64,000 bases of DNA from Flavobacteriales bacterium (GTDB lineage Bacteria; Bacteroidota; Bacteroidia; NS11-12g; UBA9320), in assembly GCA_020635395.1 (NCBI GenBank), contig JACJZV010000001.1, positions 647,545 through 711,544 on the forward strand, read 5' to 3'. The notes below the pieces were generated by a model. It ran no database searches. It saw nothing but the letters and a program-made list of their open reading frames with translations, and was not told where the DNA came from. This document shows positions 50,064 to 60,322 of this stretch, piece by piece. Both the position numbers and the translations under genes were made by a program. Numbering within the stretch: position 1 is the first letter of the stretch; every line of letters begins with the position of its first letter.

Positions 50064-51143
50064 CTATTCTGTAAGTTCATAAACAGATATTGTTTTGTTG
50101 TCTGCCGTTAAGAAACAACCTGTCCCAACGCTGTATTCGTTTACTTTCAAAATTTCGTCTTTAAAAGCGATTTGTCCATCCGATGAAATTACCGAAAAGC
50201 CACCTTCGTCAGAAACTGTGATGAACGAATTCATTGCTCTATTGAAATACATTTTCGAACTAAGGATATTTTTGTCAACAATCTGAATTTTCTTACCTAT
50301 CTCAACATTGTCCCCGCTGATTTTGAGAAAATGAATTTCACAAGGAGAGTCTGCTGTTGAATTTTCATCTCCTTCGGTAAATGGATTATACGCAATAGCA
50401 ATAGTATCATTGTCAATCCAACATGTCGCTCTGTTTTCATGTTCCCAACCACCTATTCTCAAATCTGATATTCTATTACTTGTGATAAAATTTTCAATAT
50501 CATAGACATTATAGCAATCGTATGAACCCCAAGCCCAACCTGCACTCAAAAATTTCTTCTGATTAGGCGAAATAAAAAGTTTGCCAAAAAAATAGTCGTA
50601 TGGTCTCGGCCAAGGTAATTTGTTGTCCTCAGAATGTTTTTTATAAAAATCAATGTGTCTTTCTTCCGCCCCTTCTTCAATCAAGGATTTTGAAGCAGTC
50701 AGGATTTGTCTGGTGTCAAGATTCATGATTTGAATATGATTCCATGCTTCACCAAAAATTAAATGGGGCACTCTTTCTTGATTTTTATAAAGTACTATTG
50801 GATAAGTTGAAATGTCAGCGTGATAGTCTTCTCTCCACAAGTGCAAGGCATGATACTTGTTGGGATAATGAACAAAACCATGTCTTTTGAAGTCATTAAC
50901 TACAACTACAATTTCGTCCATTGTGTAAATTGAAGTCTTTGCTGTTAAGTCAAAACCTCCGTCTGAATATCCAAAATTGCTTTTTACTGAAAATAAATGC
51001 TTTCCCTTTTTGTCGTCCAAATTAAACCGAATGACATTACCAGAACTCATCAACATAACAACTTCATTTGACTTTGATAAAGTCGCAGTCATAATAGTTT
51101 CGTCAGTGTCAAAAGTGATGTCGTAAATTTTATTTGTTTTCAT
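50064..51143 (-). CDS. Hypothetical protein, beta-rich and possibly beta-propeller-like (cassette-like array gene)
   Basis: ORF only. Confidence 0.4.
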   Translation of the reverse strand: MKTNKIYDITFDTDETIMTATLSKSNEVVMLMSSGNVIRFNLDDKKGKHLFSVKSNFGYSDGGFDLTAKTSIYTMDEIVVVVNDFKRHGFVHYPNKYHALHLWREDYHADISTYPIVLYKNQERVPHLIFGEAWNHIQIMNLDTRQILTASKSLIEEGAEERHIDFYKKHSEDNKLPWPRPYDYFFGKLFISPNQKKFLSAGWAWGSYDCYNVYDIENFITSNRISDLRIGGWEHENRATCWIDNDTIAIAYNPFTEGDENSTADSPCEIHFLKISGDNVEIGKKIQIVDKNILSSKMYFNRAMNSFITVSDEGGFSVISSDGQIAFKDEILKVNEYSVGTGCFLTADNKTISVYELTE

Positions 51144-51317
51144 TCTAATCGTCTATTCGCTTGGTAGCTTTAAAATTACCGCTAACGGTTAGTATATGAA
51201 AAGTAGGCGATTTAGAAGCTCTAATTTTTCGGTTAAACACAAATTTTAATGCGAGCCATAACCTATGAATTTATCGCTGTTTCGCCTATTTTTTATATAC
51301 AGTGTTGTAGTGCGTTT

Positions 51318-51803
51318 TTATTCATTATTAGTTGTCGTAAACACTTGATAGAAGTATGACAGGTTATCAGGCTCTCCATTTGCAAATCGTTTAAAAGCTT
51401 TGGCAATCGGGTCGCAAACAGTTCCGTTTGGTAGTTTAATTACAATTGGCATCATATTTACTCCTTCTGGAAGGTTCGCGTCTTCTTGCTTAATCCACCG
51501 TCCATTTGCATTCTCAATCATTACTTGTCCAGAATAGCAACCAGCAACAAAAATTGTCTCAGCAAAATCGTCAACGTTCCATTCTTTACTAAAGTTGTCC
51601 AGAAATTGGTCAACAAAATTCAGCGAGTCAACTGAATAATCTAACTCAATTCCTTCGTTTTCTTTAACAGCTCCACTAAAAAACTCACTCAACCCTTTTC
51701 CATTTTCAGGGTTTGGTTCTAATTGTAAGTTTAGTCCGCGGTTTGGAAAGACTTGTTTTGGCTTTTCTTCTTTCTTTCCGAAAAGGTTTTTAAATATGCT
51801 CAT
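51318..51803 (-). CDS. Hypothetical protein. It is the first gene of array 2
   Basis: ORF only. Confidence 0.4.
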   Translation of the reverse strand: MSIFKNLFGKKEEKPKQVFPNRGLNLQLEPNPENGKGLSEFFSGAVKENEGIELDYSVDSLNFVDQFLDNFSKEWNVDDFAETIFVAGCYSGQVMIENANGRWIKQEDANLPEGVNMMPIVIKLPNGTVCDPIAKAFKRFANGEPDNLSYFYQVFTTTNNE

Positions 51804-51811
51804 CTGTTTTT

Positions 51812-51880
51812 TTTAATGCCCTATAACATCCGTATATGCCCAATACAATGTTCCTATTACGCATATTTCCATTATCTACG
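51812..51880 (-). promoter_or_regulatory. Conserved array-head element H2, about 80% identical to 2862..2930
   Basis: See H1. Same spacing from the first start codon. Confidence 0.5.
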
Positions 51881-52101
51881 AAACCAAAACAGGGTTTGAA
51901 ATTTAATGTATCCGTTTTCATTTTTTTTGGCTTCGTTCCATTCAGTCAAATATAGAAACTTTTTTTAGAAATTATCCAAAATGCCAATAGCACCTTGCGG
52001 TTTGTAACAAGGCCAAAGAAAAATGCCATTCTGTCACCATTTTAGGTTAAAAAGTGGTTGGCAAAGTAGTTGATATTGCCCAAACATTAATTCATAATCG
52101 G

Positions 52102-52641
52102 ATGAAGAAAAACAAAAAGAAGGAGCAAGAAGAAGTGATGGATAATCAAACGGAAGATACGCAATCGCAAGCCGATGAAACCTCAGCCGAAAAAGCTGAG
52201 GTAAACTGGCAAGAAAAAGCGGCCGAGCTAAACGACAAATATTTAAGATTGTATTCGGAGTTTGACAATTTCAGACGTAGAACTGCCAAAGAACGCATAG
52301 ATTTGATAAAATCTGCCTCCAAAGAAATATTGGAAGATTTGCTGCCCGTGGTGGACGATTTTGACCGAACCATTGACTCGCTTACAAAAACCGCCGATTT
52401 GAATGCGTTTGGCGAAGGGGTAAAACTGGTTCAACACAAATTTTTGGGTGTGCTTCAAAAGCAAGGTTTGCAACATTTTGAGGCCACCGGTGAGGCTTTT
52501 GATGCCGAGCTACATGAGGCCATAACAAAAATTCCGGCACCTACAGAAGATTTAAAAGGCAAGGTAGTGGACGTGATAGAAAAAGGCTATATGCTTAATG
52601 ATAAGGTGTTGCGATACGCCAAAGTAGTGGTTGGCGAATAA
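52102..52641 (+). CDS. grpE: Nucleotide exchange factor GrpE
   Basis: GrpE coiled-coil plus C-terminal beta-domain. Start trimmed to the ATG at 52102. Confidence 0.8.
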   Translation: MKKNKKKEQEEVMDNQTEDTQSQADETSAEKAEVNWQEKAAELNDKYLRLYSEFDNFRRRTAKERIDLIKSASKEILEDLLPVVDDFDRTIDSLTKTADLNAFGEGVKLVQHKFLGVLQKQGLQHFEATGEAFDAELHEAITKIPAPTEDLKGKVVDVIEKGYMLNDKVLRYAKVVVGE

Positions 52642-52648
52642 TACAAAC

Positions 52649-53770
52649 ATGGCAAAAAGAGATTATTACGAAATTTTAGGTGTTTCTAAATCGGCAACCG
52701 ATGCCGAGTTGAAAAAGGCTTACCGCAAGTTGGCCATCCAATATCACCCGGATAAAAACCCCGACAACAAAGAGGCGGAGGAGAAGTTTAAAGAAGCAGC
52801 CGAGGCCTACGAGGTGTTGAGCAATGCCGACAAGCGAGCCAGATACGACCGTTTTGGCCATCAAGGTGTGGGCGGTGCTGCCGGAGGCGGTTTTGGTGGC
52901 GGCATGAGCATGGACGATATTTTTAACCAATTTGGCGACATATTTGGCAGTGGTGGCAGCCCGTTTGAAAGTTTCTTTGGCGGTGGCCGAGGTGGCAGAA
53001 CCCGACAAGCCGTTGGCAGCAACATCCGCATAAAACTAAAACTCAATCTGGAAGAAATTACAAACGGCGTTGAAAAGAAAATTAAATACACCAAAAAAGT
53101 AGTTGCCCCGGGTGTAAAATTCGATACGTGCAAAACCTGCGGTGGCAGAGGGCAGGTAACTCAGGTTACCAATACGTTTTTGGGACAGATGCAAACCGCG
53201 TCAACATGTCCTGCCTGTGGTGGTGGTGGTAAAACCATCATTTCTCGCCCGTCGGGTGCCGACCATCATGGGTTAATCAGCGAAGATGTGACAACCACTT
53301 TAAACATTCCGGGTGGGGTAGAAGATGGAATGCAGCTTTCGGTGAGCGGAAAAGGAAATGAAATTGGTGGAGGCATTCCGGGTGATTTGATTGTGCTTAT
53401 TGAGGAGCAACACCACGAAAGTTTAAGACGAGAAGGAAACAACATTGTTTACAATCTGTATATCAGTTTTCCAACGGCAGCACTGGGTGGCGATGTAGAA
53501 GTGCCAACAGTAGATGGCCGTGTGCGAATAAAAATTGAGCCAGGTACACACGCCGGAAAAATTCTTCGATTAAAAAATAAGGGGGTTAAAGACATCAATG
53601 GCTACGGTCGTGGCGATCAGCTGATTCAGGTAAATGTATGGACACCTGAAAAACTCTCGAACGAAGAGAAAAATATCTTAAAACAATTGGATAATTCGGC
53701 CAATTTTAAACCCAATCCATCAAAAGGGGAAAAAGGTTTTTTTGATAGAATGAAGGAATACTTTAGGTAA
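52649..53770 (+). CDS. dnaJ: Chaperone DnaJ
   Basis: J-domain ([11 protein letters not shown]), G/F-rich region, 4x CxxCxGxG zinc fingers and a C-terminal domain. Start trimmed to the ATG at 52649. Confidence 0.9.
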   Translation: MAKRDYYEILGVSKSATDAELKKAYRKLAIQYHPDKNPDNKEAEEKFKEAAEAYEVLSNADKRARYDRFGHQGVGGAAGGGFGGGMSMDDIFNQFGDIFGSGGSPFESFFGGGRGGRTRQAVGSNIRIKLKLNLEEITNGVEKKIKYTKKVVAPGVKFDTCKTCGGRGQVTQVTNTFLGQMQTASTCPACGGGGKTIISRPSGADHHGLISEDVTTTLNIPGGVEDGMQLSVSGKGNEIGGGIPGDLIVLIEEQHHESLRREGNNIVYNLYISFPTAALGGDVEVPTVDGRVRIKIEPGTHAGKILRLKNKGVKDINGYGRGDQLIQVNVWTPEKLSNEEKNILKQLDNSANFKPNPSKGEKGFFDRMKEYFR

Positions 53771-53775
53771 TTTTT

Positions 53776-54690
53776 TTAGTTCTTAGCTCTTAAAATGCCC
53801 TCTTCGTATTTGCCTCGATTGGCAGGATCCATTTTGGCTAACATTTCTACCACTTTGTTTTTTATGGTGGGGCTGGCCTGACTAAAAACCTGAATCATTT
53901 CGTCCATTTTGGCATCAAAAAAGATTTTTAAGAAAAAGGCATTTGGCAACGCATCAAAAACAAGTTTTAGTTCCTTTACACTTTCATACACCTCATTTCT
54001 TCCTTTTTCTATGTCTGTGCTCATCACATCCAAGCCTTTAATATGGTATCTGTAAAGGGCAGAACGCAAGGGCTTAAAGCGGGGGTCAAGCAGATTGTCT
54101 ATCAAAAAGTGCCGATTACGGCTGCCATTGCCACTATTAGAAGCCCAGCCAGCATTTGCATCGGCAATGTTTGCCACATTTTTTATGTTTAACGCTTTGT
54201 TAAAATAGGGGTCTCCGGCATTTAGCTGGTAGCTGTCAAAATCAAGCCCAACAATAATGTAGGCATAAAAAGCCAAAATGCTGCTTAGGTTTCCCGAATA
54301 GGTATTTTCTTGAAATTCGATGGTTTGAAATTGGGTATATTTAAAAGCCACACCGCGGTCGAGGTAGGTAAAAACTTTGGTATTGTAGGTGGAATTAAAA
54401 ACCGTGCGGCTACTCTGAATATTGATATTTGCCATAAACTGGTCAGAGCTTATCGCTGTAACTTCAAAAACCACATTGCAATCTATTTTTTCGTTGGCGG
54501 CCACCTCTCCATTTACCCATTTTTTGTTGTTCATAAATTGGGTAATGGAATTTTTTAAATCGGCCGTAATTTGGTCGCTGGCCTGTTGCCCAGATCGGTC
54601 TATTACCTCCACCACGCAGTTCAAATCCTGAGCAAAAAGGGTTTGAAACCCCAAACAGAAAATAGTTATGAATAAGAGTTGTTTTTTCAT
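53776..54690 (-). CDS. DUF4835-family secreted protein
   Basis: Signal peptide. The Bacteroidetes-specific family is typically adjacent to coaBC. Confidence 0.55.
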   Translation of the reverse strand: MKKQLLFITIFCLGFQTLFAQDLNCVVEVIDRSGQQASDQITADLKNSITQFMNNKKWVNGEVAANEKIDCNVVFEVTAISSDQFMANINIQSSRTVFNSTYNTKVFTYLDRGVAFKYTQFQTIEFQENTYSGNLSSILAFYAYIIVGLDFDSYQLNAGDPYFNKALNIKNVANIADANAGWASNSGNGSRNRHFLIDNLLDPRFKPLRSALYRYHIKGLDVMSTDIEKGRNEVYESVKELKLVFDALPNAFFLKIFFDAKMDEMIQVFSQASPTIKNKVVEMLAKMDPANRGKYEEGILRAKN

Positions 54691-55892
54691 TAAATACAGG
54701 TTCTTGCAAGTTCATTTACAATGTCCTTTGCAACTTCTTTCTTACTTTTCAAATCAAAATTACAAATTTCGCCTGATTTGTGTATGATGGTAATGATGTT
54801 AGTATCTTTTGCAAATCCGGCACCCTCGTTTTTGAGCGAATTTAGGACAATAAAATCGAGGTTTTTCTTTTTGAGTTTATTTTGTGCATATTCTATTTCG
54901 TTGTTGGTTTCTAAAGCAAACCCCACTAAAAACTGATTTTCTTTTTTCATTTTCCCCAATTCATTGAGCGTATCGGGTGTTTTAACGAGTGATAGCTGCA
55001 GGTTATTGGCCGTTTTTTTAATCTTTATGTCAGATTTATTTTCTGGAGTAAAATCGGCAATGGCTGCCGTCAAGATGGCTCCGTTGCAATGGGTGTATGC
55101 TTTTGTGCATGCCTCAAACATTTCAATAGCAGTTTCTATTTGAGTCAGATGAATATTTTGTTCAAAATCAAATGTGTGAGAAGTGGGCCCCAAAACCAAT
55201 TCAACTTCGGCTCCTCTCAAGGCTAATTCGTTGGCTATGGCCAGACCCATTTTTCCGGTGCTGCGGTTGCCTATAAATCGAACGGGGTCTATGGGTTCGT
55301 GTGTTGGCCCGGCATTGACTAAAATTTTTTTGCCGATTAAATCTTGGTTTTTGGAAAGATTTTTAATTAAAAATTCTACAATATGATCAGGTTCGGCCAT
55401 TCGGCCAAGACCAATAAGTCCGCTGGCCAATTCACCTTTTTCATAAGGTATAATTTTTACACCATCGGCTTTTAAAAGGTCAAAATTTCGCATTAAACTT
55501 GGATGCTCGGCCATATCCAAATCCATGGCAGGAGATATAAAAACGGGAGATTTCGATGAAAAATAGGTGGCCAACAAAAGATTGTCGCAAATGCCATTGG
55601 CCATTTTGGCAATGGTATTGCTGGTGGCAGGTGCAATGAGCATAAAATCTGCCCACAAGGCCAGTTCTACATGGTTTTCCCATTCTCCGGTTTCGTGGTT
55701 CTGCAAAGAGGTGTAAACCTTATGTTTGGTAAGGGTAGATAGGGTAAGGGGTCCGATGAAAGATTTGGCCGAGTCGGTCATTACAACCCGCACCTCTGCA
55801 CCGGCTTTTACCAAATTTCTAATTAAATAAGCGGCTTTGTATGCGGCTATGCCGCCGCATACTCCCACTAAAATTTTTTTATTGTTTAGCAT
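54690..55892 (-). CDS. coaBC: Bifunctional phosphopantothenoylcysteine decarboxylase / phosphopantothenate--cysteine ligase
   Basis: Flavoprotein N-domain plus DFP C-domain, 400 aa. Confidence 0.85.
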   Translation of the reverse strand: MLNNKKILVGVCGGIAAYKAAYLIRNLVKAGAEVRVVMTDSAKSFIGPLTLSTLTKHKVYTSLQNHETGEWENHVELALWADFMLIAPATSNTIAKMANGICDNLLLATYFSSKSPVFISPAMDLDMAEHPSLMRNFDLLKADGVKIIPYEKGELASGLIGLGRMAEPDHIVEFLIKNLSKNQDLIGKKILVNAGPTHEPIDPVRFIGNRSTGKMGLAIANELALRGAEVELVLGPTSHTFDFEQNIHLTQIETAIEMFEACTKAYTHCNGAILTAAIADFTPENKSDIKIKKTANNLQLSLVKTPDTLNELGKMKKENQFLVGFALETNNEIEYAQNKLKKKNLDFIVLNSLKNEGAGFAKDTNIITIIHKSGEICNFDLKSKKEVAKDIVNELARTCI

Positions 55893-56205
55893 CTTTGCTT
55901 GGGTTTCTGAAATAAACCTGTCCGTTCAGGAATTCTTCAGTTGCAAGCAAAGTAGGCTTTGGAAGTGATTCGTAATACTTTGAAATTTCAATTTGCTCGC
56001 GGTTTTCAAAAATTTCTTCTAAATTGTCTGTGTCGCTTGCAAATTCTTCCAGCTTTGCGTTTAACTCTTCTTTTACTTTTCCTGATAATTGATTTGCTCT
56101 TTTAGAAATGATGGCCACTGCCTCATAAAGGTTGCCAGTGTCTTTGTCTAATTCTCTTGTGTCTCGAGAAATAGTGGTGTTGGGAGCTGTTATATTTTTA
56201 ATCAT
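55879..56205 (-). CDS. rpoZ: DNA-directed RNA polymerase subunit omega (Bacteroidetes-type)
   Basis: NLYEAVAIISKRANQL core motif. Confidence 0.55.
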   Translation of the reverse strand: MIKNITAPNTTISRDTRELDKDTGNLYEAVAIISKRANQLSGKVKEELNAKLEEFASDTDNLEEIFENREQIEISKYYESLPKPTLLATEEFLNGQVYFRNPSKDAKQ

Positions 56206-56222
56206 TTTGAAAAAAACTTATT

Positions 56223-57044
56223 CTATTGCTGTTCTGATATTTTTTTTAGTTCTTCAATGGCCAATTTAGATTTCTCCATAAGGTCTTTCACTTTTGGCGT
56301 GTATTTGTTTTCTTGTGTTGCCTCTAAAAAATCTTTGGCCGCCACAATGGTGGTTTCATAACGTTCTTCTTGCACGCTTTTTACACTCTGTTTGGCATAT
56401 CTGTATGCCGACTCTACTTTGTAGTAATGAGCTTTTTCAATTTCCGGTAGGTCGGGGTAGTTTATAATGGCATTTTTAAAAGCGGTGTATGCCGCCAAAT
56501 AATTCTCCATATTGAAGTAAAGCATGGCTGAGTTGAATGCTTTTTCATGCAATCTCGACCGCAATTCATCGATCAGTTTGTTGCCACTTTCAACAGAGTC
56601 GTTGGTGGGGTATCTGTTTATAAAAATTTGAATGGCCTCTATCGCCTGGGTGGTATTGGTTTGATCTAATTCGCTGGCTAAGGCTTGATGATATTGACAT
56701 CTTGCCGACATGAATGCCGCCTGAGTGGCATATTTGCTGTTTGGGTAGCTTGTAGTAAAGTTAGTAAACAGGTGCTGAGCCATATAAAATTCTTGCATTG
56801 CAAACTTTGAATAGGCAAATAGGTAGTAAACCTCTTCGGCTTGTTCTCCCCTAAAATTTCCAATTAAGTTTTCGAGCAAAATAGAAGCTCTGTTGTAGTC
56901 TTTCTTTTTATAGTATTTTCTGGCGGCTTCCAGTTTTTGCTCGTTCGTGCCTTTATTCAATATTTTATTGTATTCGCACCCGCTTGATACAAGCAGAACC
57001 ACAGACAGTATGAATAAGACTCTTCGCATTTTAAAAGTTTGCAA
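56223..57044 (-). CDS. bamD: Outer membrane protein assembly factor BamD (TPR lipoprotein)
   Basis: Lipoprotein signal (SSGC) and TPR repeats, in the usual position next to rpoZ/coaBC in Bacteroidetes. Confidence 0.7.
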   Translation of the reverse strand: MQTFKMRRVLFILSVVLLVSSGCEYNKILNKGTNEQKLEAARKYYKKKDYNRASILLENLIGNFRGEQAEEVYYLFAYSKFAMQEFYMAQHLFTNFTTSYPNSKYATQAAFMSARCQYHQALASELDQTNTTQAIEAIQIFINRYPTNDSVESGNKLIDELRSRLHEKAFNSAMLYFNMENYLAAYTAFKNAIINYPDLPEIEKAHYYKVESAYRYAKQSVKSVQEERYETTIVAAKDFLEATQENKYTPKVKDLMEKSKLAIEELKKISEQQ

Positions 57045-57225
57045 AATTAAGGTTTTAAAACAGTAAGAACAATGGTTTTAACGATATGCAGTAGGTTATG
57101 TTACAGCCACTTGCAATTTTTGTTAGAAAACATGACAAAATACTTTGCCCGAAAGCCTCATTTTTTTGAAGCTCGGAATAATAATATTGCCAAATTCTTA
57201 CCTTTGCCCAAAATTTATTGGTTAA

Positions 57226-58472
57226 TGGATATTTTTGAAAAACTGACATCAAACATGGGCCCGTTGGCTCTGCATGCCGAAGCCGCCAAAGGTTATTACA
57301 CATTTCCGAAATTGGAAGGAGAAATTGCTCCACGAATGATTTTTAAAGGAAAAGAAAGACTTACCTGGAGTTTGAACAATTACCTTGGTTTGGCAAACCA
57401 TCCGGAAGTTAGAAAAGCGGATGCGGATGCAGCCGCCGAGTATGGATTAGCCTATCCGATGGGAGCCAGAATGATGTCTGGAAATAGCAATAATCATGAA
57501 TTGCTTGAGCAAAAACTCAGCGAATTTGTGATGAAAGAAGATACCATGTTGCTCAATTTTGGCTATCAAGGAGTGCTTTCTATCATCGATGCTTTGGTGG
57601 ACAGACATGATGTGATTGTGTATGATGCCGAGTCTCATGCATGTATTATTGACGGGGTTCGATTGCACCAAGGCAAACGATTTGTCTATGCCCACAACGA
57701 CATGGAAAATCTTGAAAAACAACTTGGCCGTGCTGCCAGATTGACCGAAGAATCGGGTGGCGGAATATTGGTAATTACCGAAGGTGTTTTTGGAATGTCC
57801 GGAAATCAAGGCGACTTGAAAGGTGTTGTAGAATTAAAGAAAAAATTCAACTTCCGACTTTTTGTTGACGATGCCCACGGATTTGGTACACAAGGCGAAA
57901 CGGGTGCCGGAACAGGCGAAGGACAAGGTGTTCAGGATCAGGTAGATTTATATTTCTCCACTTTTGCAAAATCAATGGCCAGCATTGGTGCATTTGTGAG
58001 TGGAAATAAAAAAATAATCGACTATTTGAGATACAACACTCGTTCACAAATTTTTGCAAAATCGCTTCCAATGCCACTGGTTATTGGTGCTTTAAAAAGA
58101 TTGGAGTTGCTAAAAACCCGACCAGAAATAAAAGCCAACCTTTGGACAATTGTGAATGCCTTGCAAAACGGGTTGCGAGAGCAAGGCTTTAATATCGGAA
58201 CGACAAAATCATGTGTAACTCCGGTAATATTAAATGGTTCAGTTGATGAGGCATTGCATTTAATTCACGATTTGAGAGAAAACTACAATATTTTCTGTTC
58301 TATTGTTGTGTATCCGGTTGTTCCAAAAGGCATTATTATGTTGCGTTTGATTCCGACAGCGGCACATACACTGGAAGATGTAAAAGAAACAATTGCTGCT
58401 TTTAGTGCCATAAAGGATAAATTGGGAAGAGGAGAGTATCAAAAATCAGAAGTTGCTGATTTAGCATTGTAA
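57226..58472 (+). CDS. PLP-dependent alpha-oxoamine synthase family enzyme (Kbl/BioF/serine palmitoyltransferase-like)
   Basis: Class I/II aminotransferase fold with a PLP-lysine region (FSTFAKSMAS). Start trimmed to the Met at about 57226. Confidence 0.7.
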
Positions 58473-58497
58473 TTTTATTGAAAATTTAAAATACAAA

Positions 58498-58534
58498 CCC
58501 TGCAATTGCTGATTGCAGGGTTTTTTGTTTTTGG
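58498..58534 (+). terminator. Rho-independent terminator
   Basis: ccctgcaattgctgattgcaggg hairpin followed by a T-run. Confidence 0.75.
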
Positions 58535-58545
58535 TTGTGTGAACA

Positions 58546-58615
58546 CGCCTGTAGGAACACGCCTCGAGGCGTGTTCACACAGGCGTGTCCCTACAAGGCG
58601 TGTTCCCACCAATAC
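58546..58615. repeat. GC-rich cluster of five 10-bp GAACACGCCT motifs (2 direct, 3 inverted), including a perfect 22-bp palindrome
   Basis: tgtgaacacgcct gtag gaacacgcctcgaggcgtgttc acac aggcgtgtcc ctaca aggcgtgttcc. Confidence 0.6.
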
Positions 58616-58685
58616 AAAAAATGTATCAACCTATGCTAAAATTCCTAAATTTCATATACCTTTGGTTTGGTTAATTTTCTAAAGT

Positions 58686-59561
58686 ATGCTCAAACAATTC
58701 CTTGAATATTCCCCCTCCACCCAACGCGGCATTCTTGTTTTGTTTATTCTTCTTTTGGGGGCGATTATTTGGCGGGCGTGGCCAGTAAAATGGCGGAGTA
58801 TAGATGTTCAATTTACGTATCTCACAGCCATAGATGCCAAGAAAACCGACTATTCCCAAAGAGCTGAAAACGAAATTTCTACAGGAGATTCAAAACAGGA
58901 ATGGAATCTACACACATTTGACATTAACTACACAAAAGCCATAGATTTTAGAGAAATGGGTTTTTCAAAAGAATTCATTTCACGCTGGTTTTCGAAAAAA
59001 GGAGAAATTGGATTTGTCAAAAGTTATGAGCAATTGGTTAATTCAAAGATATGTACATCGGAAGAATTGGATGCAATGAGGCCGTTTTTGGATTTTAGCC
59101 GGTATGAAAAACGCAACGGTTTTGCACCAGTCAGCGAACAACAAAATGAACCGCCAAAACTGCAAAATCTGAAAATAAATATTAATACGGCATCCATTGA
59201 TGAGTTGAAAAAACTCAAAGGAATAGGGGATGGGTTTGCAAACAGAATTGCAAAATATAGAGACAAACTGGGTGGATATCATTCAGTTGGCCAATTGCAT
59301 GAAGTATATGGCCTGCCCGATTCTGTCTATCAAAACTTGTTGAACAATGTGGTTTGTGATGGAACAATTCAGACAATCAATCTAAATATTATTGGTTCTG
59401 CCGAATTATCAAATCATCCGTATGTAAGCCAAAAACTTGCCGAGAGAATAGTCAATTACCGCACACAGCATGGCAAATTCAATTCAAAGGAAGAACTGTT
59501 GAAAGTGTATGGAATTGATAAAGTTTGGTTGGATAAAATGAGTCCTTACCTCACGCTATAA
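58686..59561 (+). CDS. ComEA-like protein with two helix-hairpin-helix DNA-binding modules
   Basis: N-terminal TM helix. Two IN(I/L)NxAsxxEL..l.GIG..A.rIv.yR modules. Confidence 0.65.
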   Translation: MLKQFLEYSPSTQRGILVLFILLLGAIIWRAWPVKWRSIDVQFTYLTAIDAKKTDYSQRAENEISTGDSKQEWNLHTFDINYTKAIDFREMGFSKEFISRWFSKKGEIGFVKSYEQLVNSKICTSEELDAMRPFLDFSRYEKRNGFAPVSEQQNEPPKLQNLKININTASIDELKKLKGIGDGFANRIAKYRDKLGGYHSVGQLHEVYGLPDSVYQNLLNNVVCDGTIQTINLNIIGSAELSNHPYVSQKLAERIVNYRTQHGKFNSKEELLKVYGIDKVWLDKMSPYLTL

Positions 59562-60322
59562 TTACTTATTCGATTTGTCAAGAAATCATACAATTCCAGT
59601 AATGGAGCATTGTTGGCAATAAGTTGTCGGTGTTTTTCCAAGGTAATTTTATCACCCCGAAGAGCAGGGCCGGTTTGAGCATCTTGTGGCGACAGCTCCA
59701 ATACTTTTTTTGCGGTTTCAACAATGATGGGTTTCAAAACATTGAAGTCTAAGTTGTTTTCGCTCAAAAAAGTTTCCGCTTCAAAAAACAATCTGTTCAC
59801 AAAATTATTGACCAAAACTGCCGAAAAATGATACTGCAACCTCTCGTGCGAGTTGGCATAAAACACTTTGTTGGAAATAGAATCACCCAATTTTCGCAAA
59901 AAATCCAATTTATTCGGGTCGTTGCACTCAATCATAATGGGTACTTCAAACATATTTACAGCCCTGTTTTTGGAGAATGTTTGCAATGGATAAAAGATGC
60001 CATAATTTTCGGAACAACCCTTTAAAACCTCAATAGATTGAGAGCCGCATGTATGAACAACGGTGCAACGGTTGTATGGAATTTGCCTAACCACCTCGGC
60101 CAAATTTCCATCAGAAACGGCAATAATGCAGATGTCGGCTTCCGGCAAAAGATTGGTAATAAGTGTATCGGAATCTGCACCTACTTTGGCTGCCAATTTT
60201 TGGGCATTTTCTTTGGTTCGGCTAATTATTTGAATGATAGAATGCCCCGCCCCATCAAGTGCCGGAGCCAAATGCCAAGCTACATTTCCGGAACCTATAA
60301 AAGCAATTTTTAATGCATTCAT
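59546..60322 (-). CDS. Rossmann-fold NAD(P)-binding protein (DUF2520 / ProC-like family)
   Basis: N-terminal IAFIGSGNVA dinucleotide-binding motif. Confidence 0.55.
   Translation of the reverse strand: MNALKIAFIGSGNVAWHLAPALDGAGHSIIQIISRTKENAQKLAAKVGADSDTLITNLLPEADICIIAVSDGNLAEVVRQIPYNRCTVVHTCGSQSIEVLKGCSENYGIFYPLQTFSKNRAVNMFEVPIMIECNDPNKLDFLRKLGDSISNKVFYANSHERLQYHFSAVLVNNFVNRLFFEAETFLSENNLDFNVLKPIIVETAKKVLELSPQDAQTGPALRGDKITLEKHRQLIANNAPLLELYDFLTNRISNYSVR

Noticed and set aside
41940-51885. CRISPR array
   Set aside because: The repeats are 40 to 150 bp, imperfect and of several families. They are separated by 0.3 to 1.2-kb protein-coding ORFs, not by short unique spacers. No cas genes are present.
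41940-51885. Canonical class 1/2/3-type integron
   Set aside because: No intI or tyrosine recombinase gene lies in the window at either array head. The putative core sites (GTTAGCRG, GTTGTGC) deviate from GTTRRRY. The call stays integron-like or CALIN-like pending attC modelling.
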